Program-made: the position numbers and the translations under genes
Shown: positions 49,600 through 59,697 of the stretch, in pieces
How positions within the stretch are numbered: position 1 is the first letter of the stretch
Layout of the letters: each line of letters begins with the position of its first letter
Assembly: GCF_030697305.1 (NCBI RefSeq)
Contig: NZ_JAUYQL010000038.1
Coordinates: 23,531-87,530, forward strand
Origin: Phenylobacterium sp.
Lineage (GTDB): Bacteria; Pseudomonadota; Alphaproteobacteria; Caulobacterales; Caulobacteraceae
DNA: 64,000 nt
Reading direction: 5' to 3'
Notes under the pieces: generated by a model
The model's input: the letters and a program-made list of their open reading frames with translations, nothing else
Told to the model about the DNA's origin: nothing
The model's database searches: none

Positions 49600-50763
49600 T
49601 CACGAAGACAGGGCTATCAACTCAGGCTGCGGTCCGACATAGCGCGCCCGGGGTCGGATCAGCACGCCGGCGGCGCCCTGTTCCAGGGCGTGGGCGATCC
49701 AGCCGGCGACGCGGGCAGTGGCGAACAGGGCGAACGGGGCGTCGGCGGGGGCGGAGATCGCCTGGGTCATCGCCGCGAGGGCGAAGTCGATGTTGGGCGC
49801 TGCGCCCGTCGCCTCGTGCACGGCCGCGCTGAGGGACTGGGCCGCCGCGGCCGGCGTGAACCGTCCGAGCAGTGCGAGGGCGCGAGGATCGCCGTCCGGA
49901 TACAGCGGATGGCCGAAGCCTGGGATCGGCCGGCCCTCGGCGAGGCGCGCGGCGACCGCCACCTGCGCGCCGTCCCGCGCCGCATCGGCCAGCAGGGCGG
50001 CGACGCCGGCCGCAGCCCCACCATGCAGAGGTCCGGTAAGGGTCGCCAGGCCCGCCAGCGCGCAGGCGGCCAGAGACGCGCCGGTGGACGCCGCCACCCG
50101 CGCGGCGAACGTCGAGGCGTTGAACTCGTGGTCCGCCAGCAACACCAGAGCGCGACGGATCAGATCGGCGCCGTTGGCGTCTACGCCCCAAGCGACCGCC
50201 AGCCGCAGATGGATCGCGCCGCCGCCGGAAACGCCGGCGACGGCTTCGGACACGGCGTCCAGCAGATCTTCCGCCTCGAGGCCCAAGGCCGCGGCCTGTC
50301 GACCCAGCGCCGGTCGGTCACTCGCCGCCCGGCTTGCAAGCAGGCTGAACGCGCGCGCCTTCAGTGCTCCCGCCGGCATCGCCTGAAGAGGCCTGGGCTG
50401 ACATGGGTGCGATTGGGCGCTCCACAGCAGACGCGCGACGGCCTCCAGGGTCTCGGTTTCGGCCAACACCGCCGCATCACGTCCGCGGTAGAACAGCCGT
50501 CCGCCCACGATCGTGGTGATCGCCGAGTCCATCACGGGCTCGCCCCAGGCGATGGCCCCGGCCGCGACCTCCGACCGCTTGCGCCCGCGCGTGCGGCGTT
50601 CGATCAGCGCCGCGAGATCCACCGCGCGATAGAGGCTGCGCCGCGGATCGTCGGGATCGGCGCGCACCTGCACGCGACCGCGGCTGACATAGGCGTAGAG
50701 CGTCTGCGGCCGGACGCCGAGGCGTTCGATGGCGGCCTGCGCGGTGATCCACTCGTCTGACAT
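49600..50763 (-). CDS. HTH_17/excisionase-type DNA-binding domain fused to citrate-synthase domain
   Basis: N-terminal 'WITAQAAIERLGVRPQTLYAYVSRG' wHTH; CS motifs 'DHEFNASTF', 'GPLHGGA', 'GFGHPLY..GDPR', 'NIDF'. Confidence 0.88.
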   Translation of the reverse strand: MSDEWITAQAAIERLGVRPQTLYAYVSRGRVQVRADPDDPRRSLYRAVDLAALIERRTRGRKRSEVAAGAIAWGEPVMDSAITTIVGGRLFYRGRDAAVLAETETLEAVARLLWSAQSHPCQPRPLQAMPAGALKARAFSLLASRAASDRPALGRQAAALGLEAEDLLDAVSEAVAGVSGGGAIHLRLAVAWGVDANGADLIRRALVLLADHEFNASTFAARVAASTGASLAACALAGLATLTGPLHGGAAAGVAALLADAARDGAQVAVAARLAEGRPIPGFGHPLYPDGDPRALALLGRFTPAAAAQSLSAAVHEATGAAPNIDFALAAMTQAISAPADAPFALFATARVAGWIAHALEQGAAGVLIRPRARYVGPQPELIALSS

Positions 50764-50786
50764 TGATTATATTGATCAAGATTGAC
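50762..50786. promoter_or_regulatory. Phased direct repeats (candidate operator) in the CS divergon
   Basis: ATTGAT 50762-67, ATTGAT 50771-76, ATTGAC 50781-86; also TTGAT-N7-ATCAA dyad. Confidence 0.6.
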
Positions 50787-50838
50787 TAGGTGATCGTGCG
50801 ACAGATGATGACCGGGCGCAAGCAAGAAGGAGCCCGCA

Positions 50839-51918
50839 ATGTCCGAAGGCCTCGACGACGTCATCGCCGCCCGCACCATCCTGTCGGACGTGGATGGCGC
50901 GGCCGGGCGGCTGGTGATCCGCGGACACTCGCTCGACGACCTGGCCGGCCGCGCCCGGTTCGAGCACGTCGCCCATCTGCTATTCGAGGGCTTCTTCGAT
51001 GATCTTCCGCGCGACCTGCAGCGACCGCTGGGAGAGGCGCGGGCCGCGGTGTTCGCCCAGGCTGCCGCCGTCGGCGAGCTCAGGGGACTGGATCCCGTGG
51101 AGGCGATGCGGGCACTGAGCGCACGGCTGCCCGACGGAGACGATCTCGCCACTGCGCTGAGGCTGCTGGCCGCACCTGGGGTGTTCACCGCCGCCGTGCT
51201 GCGCGCCCGCGCCGGCGCCGCCCCGATCGCGCCTGACCCTTCCCTGAGCCACGCCGCCGACATCTTGAGGATGACCCACGGCCGGCCCGCTGGTCCCGGC
51301 CAGGCCGAGGCGCTGGACGCCTATCTGGTGACCGTCTGCGACCACGGACTGAACGCCTCGACCTTCGCCGCCAGGGTGATCGCCTCGACGCACGCGGGCC
51401 TGACCTCGGCGGTGCTGGGCGGGATCAGCGCGCTCAAAGGTCCGCTGCATGGCGGCGCGCCGGGCCCGGTGCTGGAGATGCTGCGCGAGATCGGAGAGCC
51501 GGCGAACGCCCGCCCGTGGCTTGAGGCGGCGCTGGCGCGCGGCGAGCGCCTGATGGGTTTCGGACACCGGATCTACCGGCTGCGCGACCCCAGGGCCGAT
51601 GCGCTGAAGGCGGCCGTGCGCAGGCTGGGCGCGCTGCAACCGGACGCGTCAGGCCGTATCGCCCTGGCCGAAGCGGTGGAGGCCGCGGCGCTGGCGATCC
51701 TCAAAGAACGCAAGCCCGACCGGCCGCTGGAGACCAACGTCGAGTTCTACACCGCCCTACTGCTGGAGGCGGTCGGCTTCCCGGCGGACGCCTTCACCGG
51801 CGTATTCGCCATGGGGCGGGTGGCGGGCTGGATCGCCCACGCCCGCGAACAGGTGGCGCAGGGCCGGCTGATCCGTCCGCAGTCGGTCTATGTCGGTCCG
51901 CAGCCGAAGGCCGCCTGA
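50839..51918 (+). CDS. Citrate/2-methylcitrate synthase-like paralogue
   Basis: 'GLDDVIAA.T.LS.VDG..G.L..RG', 'DHGLNASTF', 'GPLHGGA', 'GFGHRIY...DPR', 'NVEFY'; AAGGAG RBS. Confidence 0.9.
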   Translation: MSEGLDDVIAARTILSDVDGAAGRLVIRGHSLDDLAGRARFEHVAHLLFEGFFDDLPRDLQRPLGEARAAVFAQAAAVGELRGLDPVEAMRALSARLPDGDDLATALRLLAAPGVFTAAVLRARAGAAPIAPDPSLSHAADILRMTHGRPAGPGQAEALDAYLVTVCDHGLNASTFAARVIASTHAGLTSAVLGGISALKGPLHGGAPGPVLEMLREIGEPANARPWLEAALARGERLMGFGHRIYRLRDPRADALKAAVRRLGALQPDASGRIALAEAVEAAALAILKERKPDRPLETNVEFYTALLLEAVGFPADAFTGVFAMGRVAGWIAHAREQVAQGRLIRPQSVYVGPQPKAA

Positions 51919-51921
51919 AAC

Positions 51922-52902
51922 TCAGGCTTCCGGCACCTCGACGACGCCTGCGCCGCCGGCCTCGTCGCCCCAGGCGAGGCGGCGGTGGTCGGCGGTGATA
52001 GCCAACGCAGAGATCGCCGCGCCCTTCTCAGCCTTGACCGTGTCGATGCGCCGCCCGGTGAGGTCGCAGACCCACACCCGTCCGTCGTCCAGCCCGGCGG
52101 CCGCCCAGGTGGCCCCAGGCGTCGCAGCGGCGCGGGTCACCAGGGCGGATTCGTCAAAGCCGATCTCGGCCGCCTCCTTGCCCATCGGCCCGGTGGAGCC
52201 GCCGAACGGCCAGATCACCAGGCCGTTGGCCCCGGAGGTGACCATCAATTGTCCCTTGGAGCAGAACGCCAGGCTGCGGACCTTGGCCGGGTAGCCGCCC
52301 ATTCGCATGTTCTTCTCGTCGGAGACCCGCCAGCCGTGGAGCTGGTTCTCCTGCATGGACGAGATCAGGAACTTGCCGTCCGGGCTCCAGGCCGCGCCGA
52401 TATGGCTGCCGGCCCAGTTCAGCACCGCCGGCTTCTGTTCGGCGATCCGCGCGTACCACAGGCGCAGGCAGTTGTAGGTCGCCGCCGCCACCCGCCGGCC
52501 CTTGGGGTCGAAGGCGACGTCGGCGATGGACCGCTCGTGCGGGAAAAGTCTGGTGAAGCCTGCGTCGGCGACGTCGCGCATGTGCAGGTCGCGGCCCGCG
52601 GCGAAGGCGATCAGGCCCGACTGGGCGCTCGCCGCGACCACATCGATCCAGCGGCCCTTCACCTCGGCGATCTGTTCGGCGCCGCTCGGCCGCGACCAGA
52701 CCACACGGCCGTCGTCGCCGCCGGTGAGCATCCCGTCGCCCGACGGATGCAGGCAGGCTGACAGTATGGCGCCGTCGTGCGCCTGGACGCTCTCGCCGCC
52801 CTCGAAACGGACGGTCCCGTCGCCCAGGGCGAAACAGGCGCGCTGGGCGCGGTCGAAGGCGGCGGCGGTGACGAAGGCTTCGAATTCAGAGATCATCGCC
52901 AT
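51922..52902 (-). CDS. WD40-repeat beta-propeller protein
   Basis: Repeated 'L.GGDDG.V..', 'AFDP.G', 'WSPDG..L', 'G.DDG.VW'; start may be ATG 52896. Confidence 0.82.
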   Translation of the reverse strand: MAMISEFEAFVTAAAFDRAQRACFALGDGTVRFEGGESVQAHDGAILSACLHPSGDGMLTGGDDGRVVWSRPSGAEQIAEVKGRWIDVVAASAQSGLIAFAAGRDLHMRDVADAGFTRLFPHERSIADVAFDPKGRRVAAATYNCLRLWYARIAEQKPAVLNWAGSHIGAAWSPDGKFLISSMQENQLHGWRVSDEKNMRMGGYPAKVRSLAFCSKGQLMVTSGANGLVIWPFGGSTGPMGKEAAEIGFDESALVTRAAATPGATWAAAGLDDGRVWVCDLTGRRIDTVKAEKGAAISALAITADHRRLAWGDEAGGAGVVEVPEA

Positions 52903-52983
52903 GCCATAGCCGGGCCTTCAGGGGCTTTCCAGGGCGCCGACGCACGGCGCGAACCCCGCCGGGGCGATCTGGTCTTTACTTTC

Positions 52984-53010
52984 TGAAAATGACTTGCGAA
53001 TGGTCTCGCG
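52984..53010. promoter_or_regulatory. Possible Fur box upstream of exbD
   Basis: TGAAAAT-G-ACTTGCG (7-1-7) overlapping TGCGAAT-G-GTCTCGCG; AT-rich relative to context. Confidence 0.4.
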
Positions 53011-53058
53011 AACGGATGACGGGCGAAACTACGCGCCGTCGCAGGGAAGGAACTTCAT

Positions 53059-53505
53059 ATGGGTGCGAAGCTGGGCGGTGGGGGCGGCGGCTCCAAGTTC
53101 GACCTCGGCCAGAACAGCGACATCAACGTCACGCCCTTCGTGGACGTGATGCTGGTGCTCCTCATCATCTTCATGGTGGCGATTCCCGCCGCGACGGTGT
53201 CGATCAAGCTCGACCTGCCGCCGGCCATCCCCCCGCCCCCGGGCGCCAAGGTGAAGGAGCCCACCCTGATCAACATCCAGCAGGGCGGCGTGCTGTTCAT
53301 CGGCGAGAAGCCGACAACGCTCGACACCCTGACCGGCGACCTGGAACGCGAACTCATCGCCAACGACGAGCCGTCCTCCGGCCCGGACGCGCGGGTCTAC
53401 ATCCGCGCCGACCGTACGGTCCGCTACGGCGAGTTCATGGCCGTCATGAACAACCTGCAGGCGGGCGGCTACTACCAGGTGGCGCTGATCAACGAAGAGC
53501 TCTGA
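53059..53505 (+). CDS. exbD: ExbD/TolR biopolymer transport protein
   Basis: 'INVTPFVDVMLVLLIIFMV', 'IRAD..V.YG..M.VM..L'. Confidence 0.9.
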   Translation: MGAKLGGGGGGSKFDLGQNSDINVTPFVDVMLVLLIIFMVAIPAATVSIKLDLPPAIPPPPGAKVKEPTLINIQQGGVLFIGEKPTTLDTLTGDLERELIANDEPSSGPDARVYIRADRTVRYGEFMAVMNNLQAGGYYQVALINEEL

Positions 53506-53532
53506 AGCTCGACGTCGGTATCGCGAGATCAG

Positions 53533-53568
53533 AAAGGCCCGCCGGGAAACCAGCGGGCCTTTTTCTTT
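53533..53568. terminator. Bidirectional intrinsic terminator
   Basis: AAAGGCCCGC...GCGGGCCTTT followed by TTTCTTT, between convergent exbD and COG0523. Confidence 0.8.
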
Positions 53569-53590
53569 GGGGCGTCCTGTGAGCTGAACG

Positions 53591-54637
53591 CTAGGCCGCG
53601 CAGGCCTCGAAGCCTTCGCGCAGGGCGGCCTCGTCGAGGTTGCGGCCGATGAACACCAGTCGGCTCTGGCGCACGCTGCCCTCGCGCCACTCGCCCTGGA
53701 AATCACCCTCCAGGATCATGTGCACGGCCTGGAACACCAGCCTGCGGTCTTCGCCGGCGACGTCGAGGATGCCCTTGGCGCGCAGGATGTCCGGTCCCTG
53801 GGCCTGCAGCACCTCGTTCAGCCAGGTGGTGACCTTGTTGGCGTTGATCGGCTTGTCCAGGGTCAGCGAGATTCCGCGGATGCCGGCGGCGGCGGCGTGG
53901 TCCTGATGATCGTGCCCATGATTATGCTCGTGATGATCGTGGTGGTCGTGCTCGCAGTCCTCGTCGTGCACATGGCCCGCCTCGCCGTGCGCCGGGTTGA
54001 GGAATTCCGGCTCCAGCTCGGTGATCCGCGCGAGGTCGAAGCCGCCGCGGCCGAGGATCGCGTCCAGGGGCACGTTCGAGCGCTGCGCCCGGTGGATCGG
54101 CGCCAGCGGATTAAGCCGGCGGATCGAGGCCTCGACGGCGGCCAGTTCGGCCGGGGTCACCAAATCGGTCTTGTTGAGGATGATCTGGTCGGCGAAGGCG
54201 ATCTGCTCCACCGCCTCGCGGGAGTCCGCCAGTCTGAGCGGCAGGTGCTTGGCGTCGACCACCGTGGTCACGCTGTCGAGTTGGGTGCGGGCGCGCACGT
54301 CCTCGTCGACGAAGAAGGTCTGGGCCACCGGGCCGGGGTCGGCGAGGCCCGTGGTCTCGACAATGATCGCATCGAAGCCGCCCTTGCGCTTCATCAGGCC
54401 TGAGAGCACCCGGATCAGGTCGCCGCGCACCGTGCAGCAGACGCAGCCGTTGTTCATCTCGAACACCTCTTCGTCGGCGCCGACGATCAGGTCGTTGTCG
54501 ATGCCGACCTCGCCGAACTCGTTGACGATCACGGCGTATCGCTTCCCGTGGTCCTCCGAGAGAATGCGGTTGAGGAGCGTGGTCTTGCCGGCCCCAAGGT
54601 AGCCTGTGAGCACGGTGACGGGGGTTTTGTCGGTCAT
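53591..54637 (-). CDS. COG0523/CobW-family metallochaperone GTPase
   Basis: '[10 protein letters not shown]', 'NEFGE', 'GCVCC', 'ETTGLADP', His-rich insert, CobW_C 'RAKG'. Confidence 0.92.
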   Translation of the reverse strand: MTDKTPVTVLTGYLGAGKTTLLNRILSEDHGKRYAVIVNEFGEVGIDNDLIVGADEEVFEMNNGCVCCTVRGDLIRVLSGLMKRKGGFDAIIVETTGLADPGPVAQTFFVDEDVRARTQLDSVTTVVDAKHLPLRLADSREAVEQIAFADQIILNKTDLVTPAELAAVEASIRRLNPLAPIHRAQRSNVPLDAILGRGGFDLARITELEPEFLNPAHGEAGHVHDEDCEHDHHDHHEHNHGHDHQDHAAAAGIRGISLTLDKPINANKVTTWLNEVLQAQGPDILRAKGILDVAGEDRRLVFQAVHMILEGDFQGEWREGSVRQSRLVFIGRNLDEAALREGFEACAA

Positions 54638-54704
54638 GGGGGTCATCTAGTCATCGCAAGAGCGAGTGGAAACCTCGCGGGTCCAGATTGACCCGCGCGG
54701 CGTG

Positions 54705-54723
54705 GACGTTACAAGATAACATC
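54705..54723. promoter_or_regulatory. Probable Zur box
   Basis: GACGTTACAAGATAACATC near-palindrome containing GTTA(C/T)-N3-ATAAC, between divergent COG0523 and CDF genes. Confidence 0.65.
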
Positions 54724-54746
54724 GCTCATCGCCGCCCGAGATTTCC

Positions 54747-55688
54747 TTGATCCCCATCGATCCCACGTCCGGCGCGGCGGACACAAGCCCGCAGGTCGCG
54801 CCAGCGCGCATGGACGCCTTCCGCGCTGATCGCGTCTATCTGGGCGCAGACCACGCGCGCAACGAGCGGCGCACCTGGATCGTCACCGCGATCTGTGCGG
54901 CGACCCTGGCCGCACAACTCATCGGCGGGCTGGCGTTCAAGTCGATGGCGCTGACCGCCGCCGGCCTGCACATGGCCGCCCATGTCGCCGTGCTGCTGGT
55001 TGCCGCATTCGCATACCGGGTCGCACGCCAGCGCAAGGACGACCCGCGCTATGCTTTCGGCACCGGCAAGATCGGCTTCCTCGCCGGCTTCGCCAACGCC
55101 GTGGTCCTCGCCGCCACGGCTTTTCTGATCGCCTTGGAGAGCATCGAGCGGCTGATCGAGCCTGCGGCGGTCGACTATGACTCCGCCCTGCCTCTGGCCG
55201 CCGCCGGCCTGGCGGTGACGATCGTCTGCGTCTGGCTTCTGAAGCCCGCGCGCGCCGCCCATGACGGCGACGCCGACCTCAATCTGTCAGCGGCCCACCT
55301 ACACCTTTCGGCCGACGCCCTGGTGGGCGTGCTGACGCTGGCGGGACTGGCCGCCGGCCGGAGCTTCGGCTGGAGCTGGACCGACCCGGCCGCAGGCCTC
55401 GTGGGAGCAGCCCTGGTGGCGCAGTTCGCCTGGAGCCTGCTGCGCCGCACCGGCGGCGTACTGCTGGACATGAACCCAAGTCCGGCGCTGGTCGCCGAGA
55501 TCCGCGCACGGCTGCAGGCGCAGGGCGAGCGGGTGGTCGACCTGCATCTGTGGCGGCTGGGCCCCGGCCACCATGCCGCGATTGTCGTGCTGGAGGCCGC
55601 CCAGCCACAGGACGTGCAGGCCTATCGCGCGCGGCTGGCGGGCCTTGCGGGCCTCAGTCACCTGACGATCGAAGTGCGCCGCGCCTGA
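54747..55688 (+). CDS. CDF-family metal transporter (DmeF-like); start uncertain (TTG 54747 or ATG 54810)
   Basis: 'H.RNERRT..V', 'SMAL...G.HM..H', 'FGTGK...LAGF', 'HL.AD', 'DLHLW.LGPG'. Confidence 0.87.
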   Translation: MIPIDPTSGAADTSPQVAPARMDAFRADRVYLGADHARNERRTWIVTAICAATLAAQLIGGLAFKSMALTAAGLHMAAHVAVLLVAAFAYRVARQRKDDPRYAFGTGKIGFLAGFANAVVLAATAFLIALESIERLIEPAAVDYDSALPLAAAGLAVTIVCVWLLKPARAAHDGDADLNLSAAHLHLSADALVGVLTLAGLAAGRSFGWSWTDPAAGLVGAALVAQFAWSLLRRTGGVLLDMNPSPALVAEIRARLQAQGERVVDLHLWRLGPGHHAAIVVLEAAQPQDVQAYRARLAGLAGLSHLTIEVRRA

Positions 55689-55711
55689 GTCCCAAGTTGG
55701 CCCCGCGTCCG

Positions 55712-55739
55712 TTGACTTGGGCCGGTCCCCCTGTATAAG
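55712..55739 (+). promoter_or_regulatory. sigma70 promoter of rplU-rpmA
   Basis: TTGACT-N16-TATAAG; GCCCGTG/CACGGGC hairpin in the leader. Confidence 0.65.
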
Positions 55740-55811
55740 ACCGCGCTCTCGCCCGTGGGACCGCTCACGGGCGCAATACTTTTTGCAATTACATTCTGTA
55801 AGGCGCGAACG

Positions 55812-56411
55812 ATGTACGCGGTGATCAAGACCGGCGGCAAGCAGTACCGGGTCCAACCGGGCGACGTGCTGGTGGTCGAAAAGCTGGACGGCGAACCCGG
55901 GGCCGACGTGGCCTTCGGCGAGGTGCTGATGCTGGGTGACGGCGCGGCCGTCACCGTGGGCGCGCCGACCGTCTCGGGCGCCTCGGTGAACGCCACCCTG
56001 ATCGAGACCCGTAAGGGCCTCAAGGTGAAGATCTTCAAGAAGACTCGCCGCCAGGGCTATCGCCGCACCAGGGGGCATCGTCAGTTCGAAAGCGTGCTGC
56101 GCGTCACCGGCATCACCGGCGACGGCAAGAGCGCCAAGTGGGACGGCACGGTCGACCTGACCACCAAGGCGGTGATCGACGCCCGCGCCCGTGGACTGGC
56201 GCTTCGCGACGACGTCACGCCGACCAGCGTCGTCGAAGAGGCTCCGCAGGTTGAAGTCGAAGCCGTGGCCGCCGACGCCGCGACCGAGACCGCCGCTCCC
56301 GCCAAGAAGGCCGCGCCCCGCAAGGCCGCAGCCCCGAAGGCCGAAGCTGGCGAAGCCAAACCCGCCGCCAAGAAACCGACGGCCAAGAAGACGGATACGG
56401 ACGCCGAATAA
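55812..56411 (+). CDS. rplU: 50S ribosomal protein L21 with C-terminal extension
   Basis: 'MYAVIKTGGKQYRV', 'FKK.RR.GYRR..GHRQ'. Confidence 0.96.
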   Translation: MYAVIKTGGKQYRVQPGDVLVVEKLDGEPGADVAFGEVLMLGDGAAVTVGAPTVSGASVNATLIETRKGLKVKIFKKTRRQGYRRTRGHRQFESVLRVTGITGDGKSAKWDGTVDLTTKAVIDARARGLALRDDVTPTSVVEEAPQVEVEAVAADAATETAAPAKKAAPRKAAAPKAEAGEAKPAAKKPTAKKTDTDAE

Positions 56412-56439
56412 GGCGTCCAGCAGGACCTAGGAGAGCACC

Positions 56440-56712
56440 ATGGCTCACAAGAAATCAGGCGGCTCCTCGCGCAACGGGCGCGACTCGGCCGGTCGCCGCC
56501 TCGGCGTGAAGAAGTTCGGTGGCGAAGCAGTGCTCGCCGGCAACATCATCGTGCGCCAGCGCGGCACCAAGTTCTTCCCGGGCGACAACGTCGGCATGGG
56601 TGTGGACCACACCCTCTTCGCCACGGCCCAGGGCGCGGTGAAATTCGTCACCAAGCGCGACGACCGCACCTACGTGAACGTGGTCACGCCGGCCCCGGCG
56701 AACGCAGACTAG
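56440..56712 (+). CDS. rpmA: 50S ribosomal protein L27
   Basis: '[23 protein letters not shown]', 'IVRQRGT'. Confidence 0.97.
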   Translation: MAHKKSGGSSRNGRDSAGRRLGVKKFGGEAVLAGNIIVRQRGTKFFPGDNVGMGVDHTLFATAQGAVKFVTKRDDRTYVNVVTPAPANAD

Positions 56713-56769
56713 GCGGAACCCTCATTGCCGGTTCCGCCCCAATGATTGGCGGACCGGACAGACGACCTC

Positions 56770-56808
56770 AGCGGGGAGTCCGGACGCCGGACTCCCCGCT
56801 TTTGTTTT
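56770..56808 (+). terminator. Intrinsic terminator after rpmA
   Basis: 14-bp perfect stem AGCGGGGAGTCCGG / CCGGACTCCCCGCT followed by TTTGTTTT. Confidence 0.82.
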
Positions 56809-56848
56809 CTGAAAAGGCCCTCCCAGAAGGGCCGGGAGGTTCAAGACC

Positions 56849-57382
56849 ATGTGTGCGATCGAACTGGAGCCCGTCATCCGCACAGCGCGGCTGCGGCTGC
56901 GCAAGCCCCGCCGCAAGGACGCCGCGAGGATCGCGGCGCTGGCCAACGACATCGACGTCGCGCGGATGACCACGCGCATGCCCCACCCCTACGGCCTGGA
57001 CCACGCCGAGACCTACCTGGACAGCCTTGCGGGCCGCGACCCGTCGCGCGAGGCGCTGTTCGTCGTCGATCACGAAGACGAGGGCCTGATCGGCATGCTC
57101 GGCTTCCACCCCAACGAGCTGGGGCGCGCCGAGCTGGGCTACTGGCTGGGTCGTCCCTATTGGGGCCAGGGCTACGCTACCGAAGCTGCGTCCGCGGCCC
57201 TTGTGTGGGCGTCCAAGGACTGGCGTCGGCGGATGGTGGTCGCCGGGCACTTCGCCGACAATCCGGCGTCGGGCGAGGTGCTGTGCAAGGCGGGCTTCCT
57301 CTATACCGGCGAAGTCCGCAGGCTGCCCAGCGCCGCCCGCGGCGAGCCTGTTCCCGCCCGGATGATGGTGTGGCTCGCCTGA
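56849..57382 (+). CDS. RimJ/RimL-type GNAT acetyltransferase
   Basis: 'T.RL.LR', 'PHPY', 'ELGYWLG.PYWG.GYATEA', 'N.AS..VL.KAGF'. Confidence 0.88.
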   Translation: MCAIELEPVIRTARLRLRKPRRKDAARIAALANDIDVARMTTRMPHPYGLDHAETYLDSLAGRDPSREALFVVDHEDEGLIGMLGFHPNELGRAELGYWLGRPYWGQGYATEAASAALVWASKDWRRRMVVAGHFADNPASGEVLCKAGFLYTGEVRRLPSAARGEPVPARMMVWLA

Positions 57383-57450
57383 GCTGCGCCTTGAGGGCCA
57401 TAGGGCGCGGAAGGCCTCCGCGTGCTATGGCCTTCAGCCATAGGACATAG

Positions 57451-59666
<2,216 letters not shown>

Positions 59667-59697
59667 TCAGGGCCCAGATCTGGAAGGCTGAGAGGCG

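Noticed and set aside
50763-50779. FixK/FNR box in the CS divergon
   Set aside because: TTGAT and ATCAA are 7 bp apart, not the required 4.
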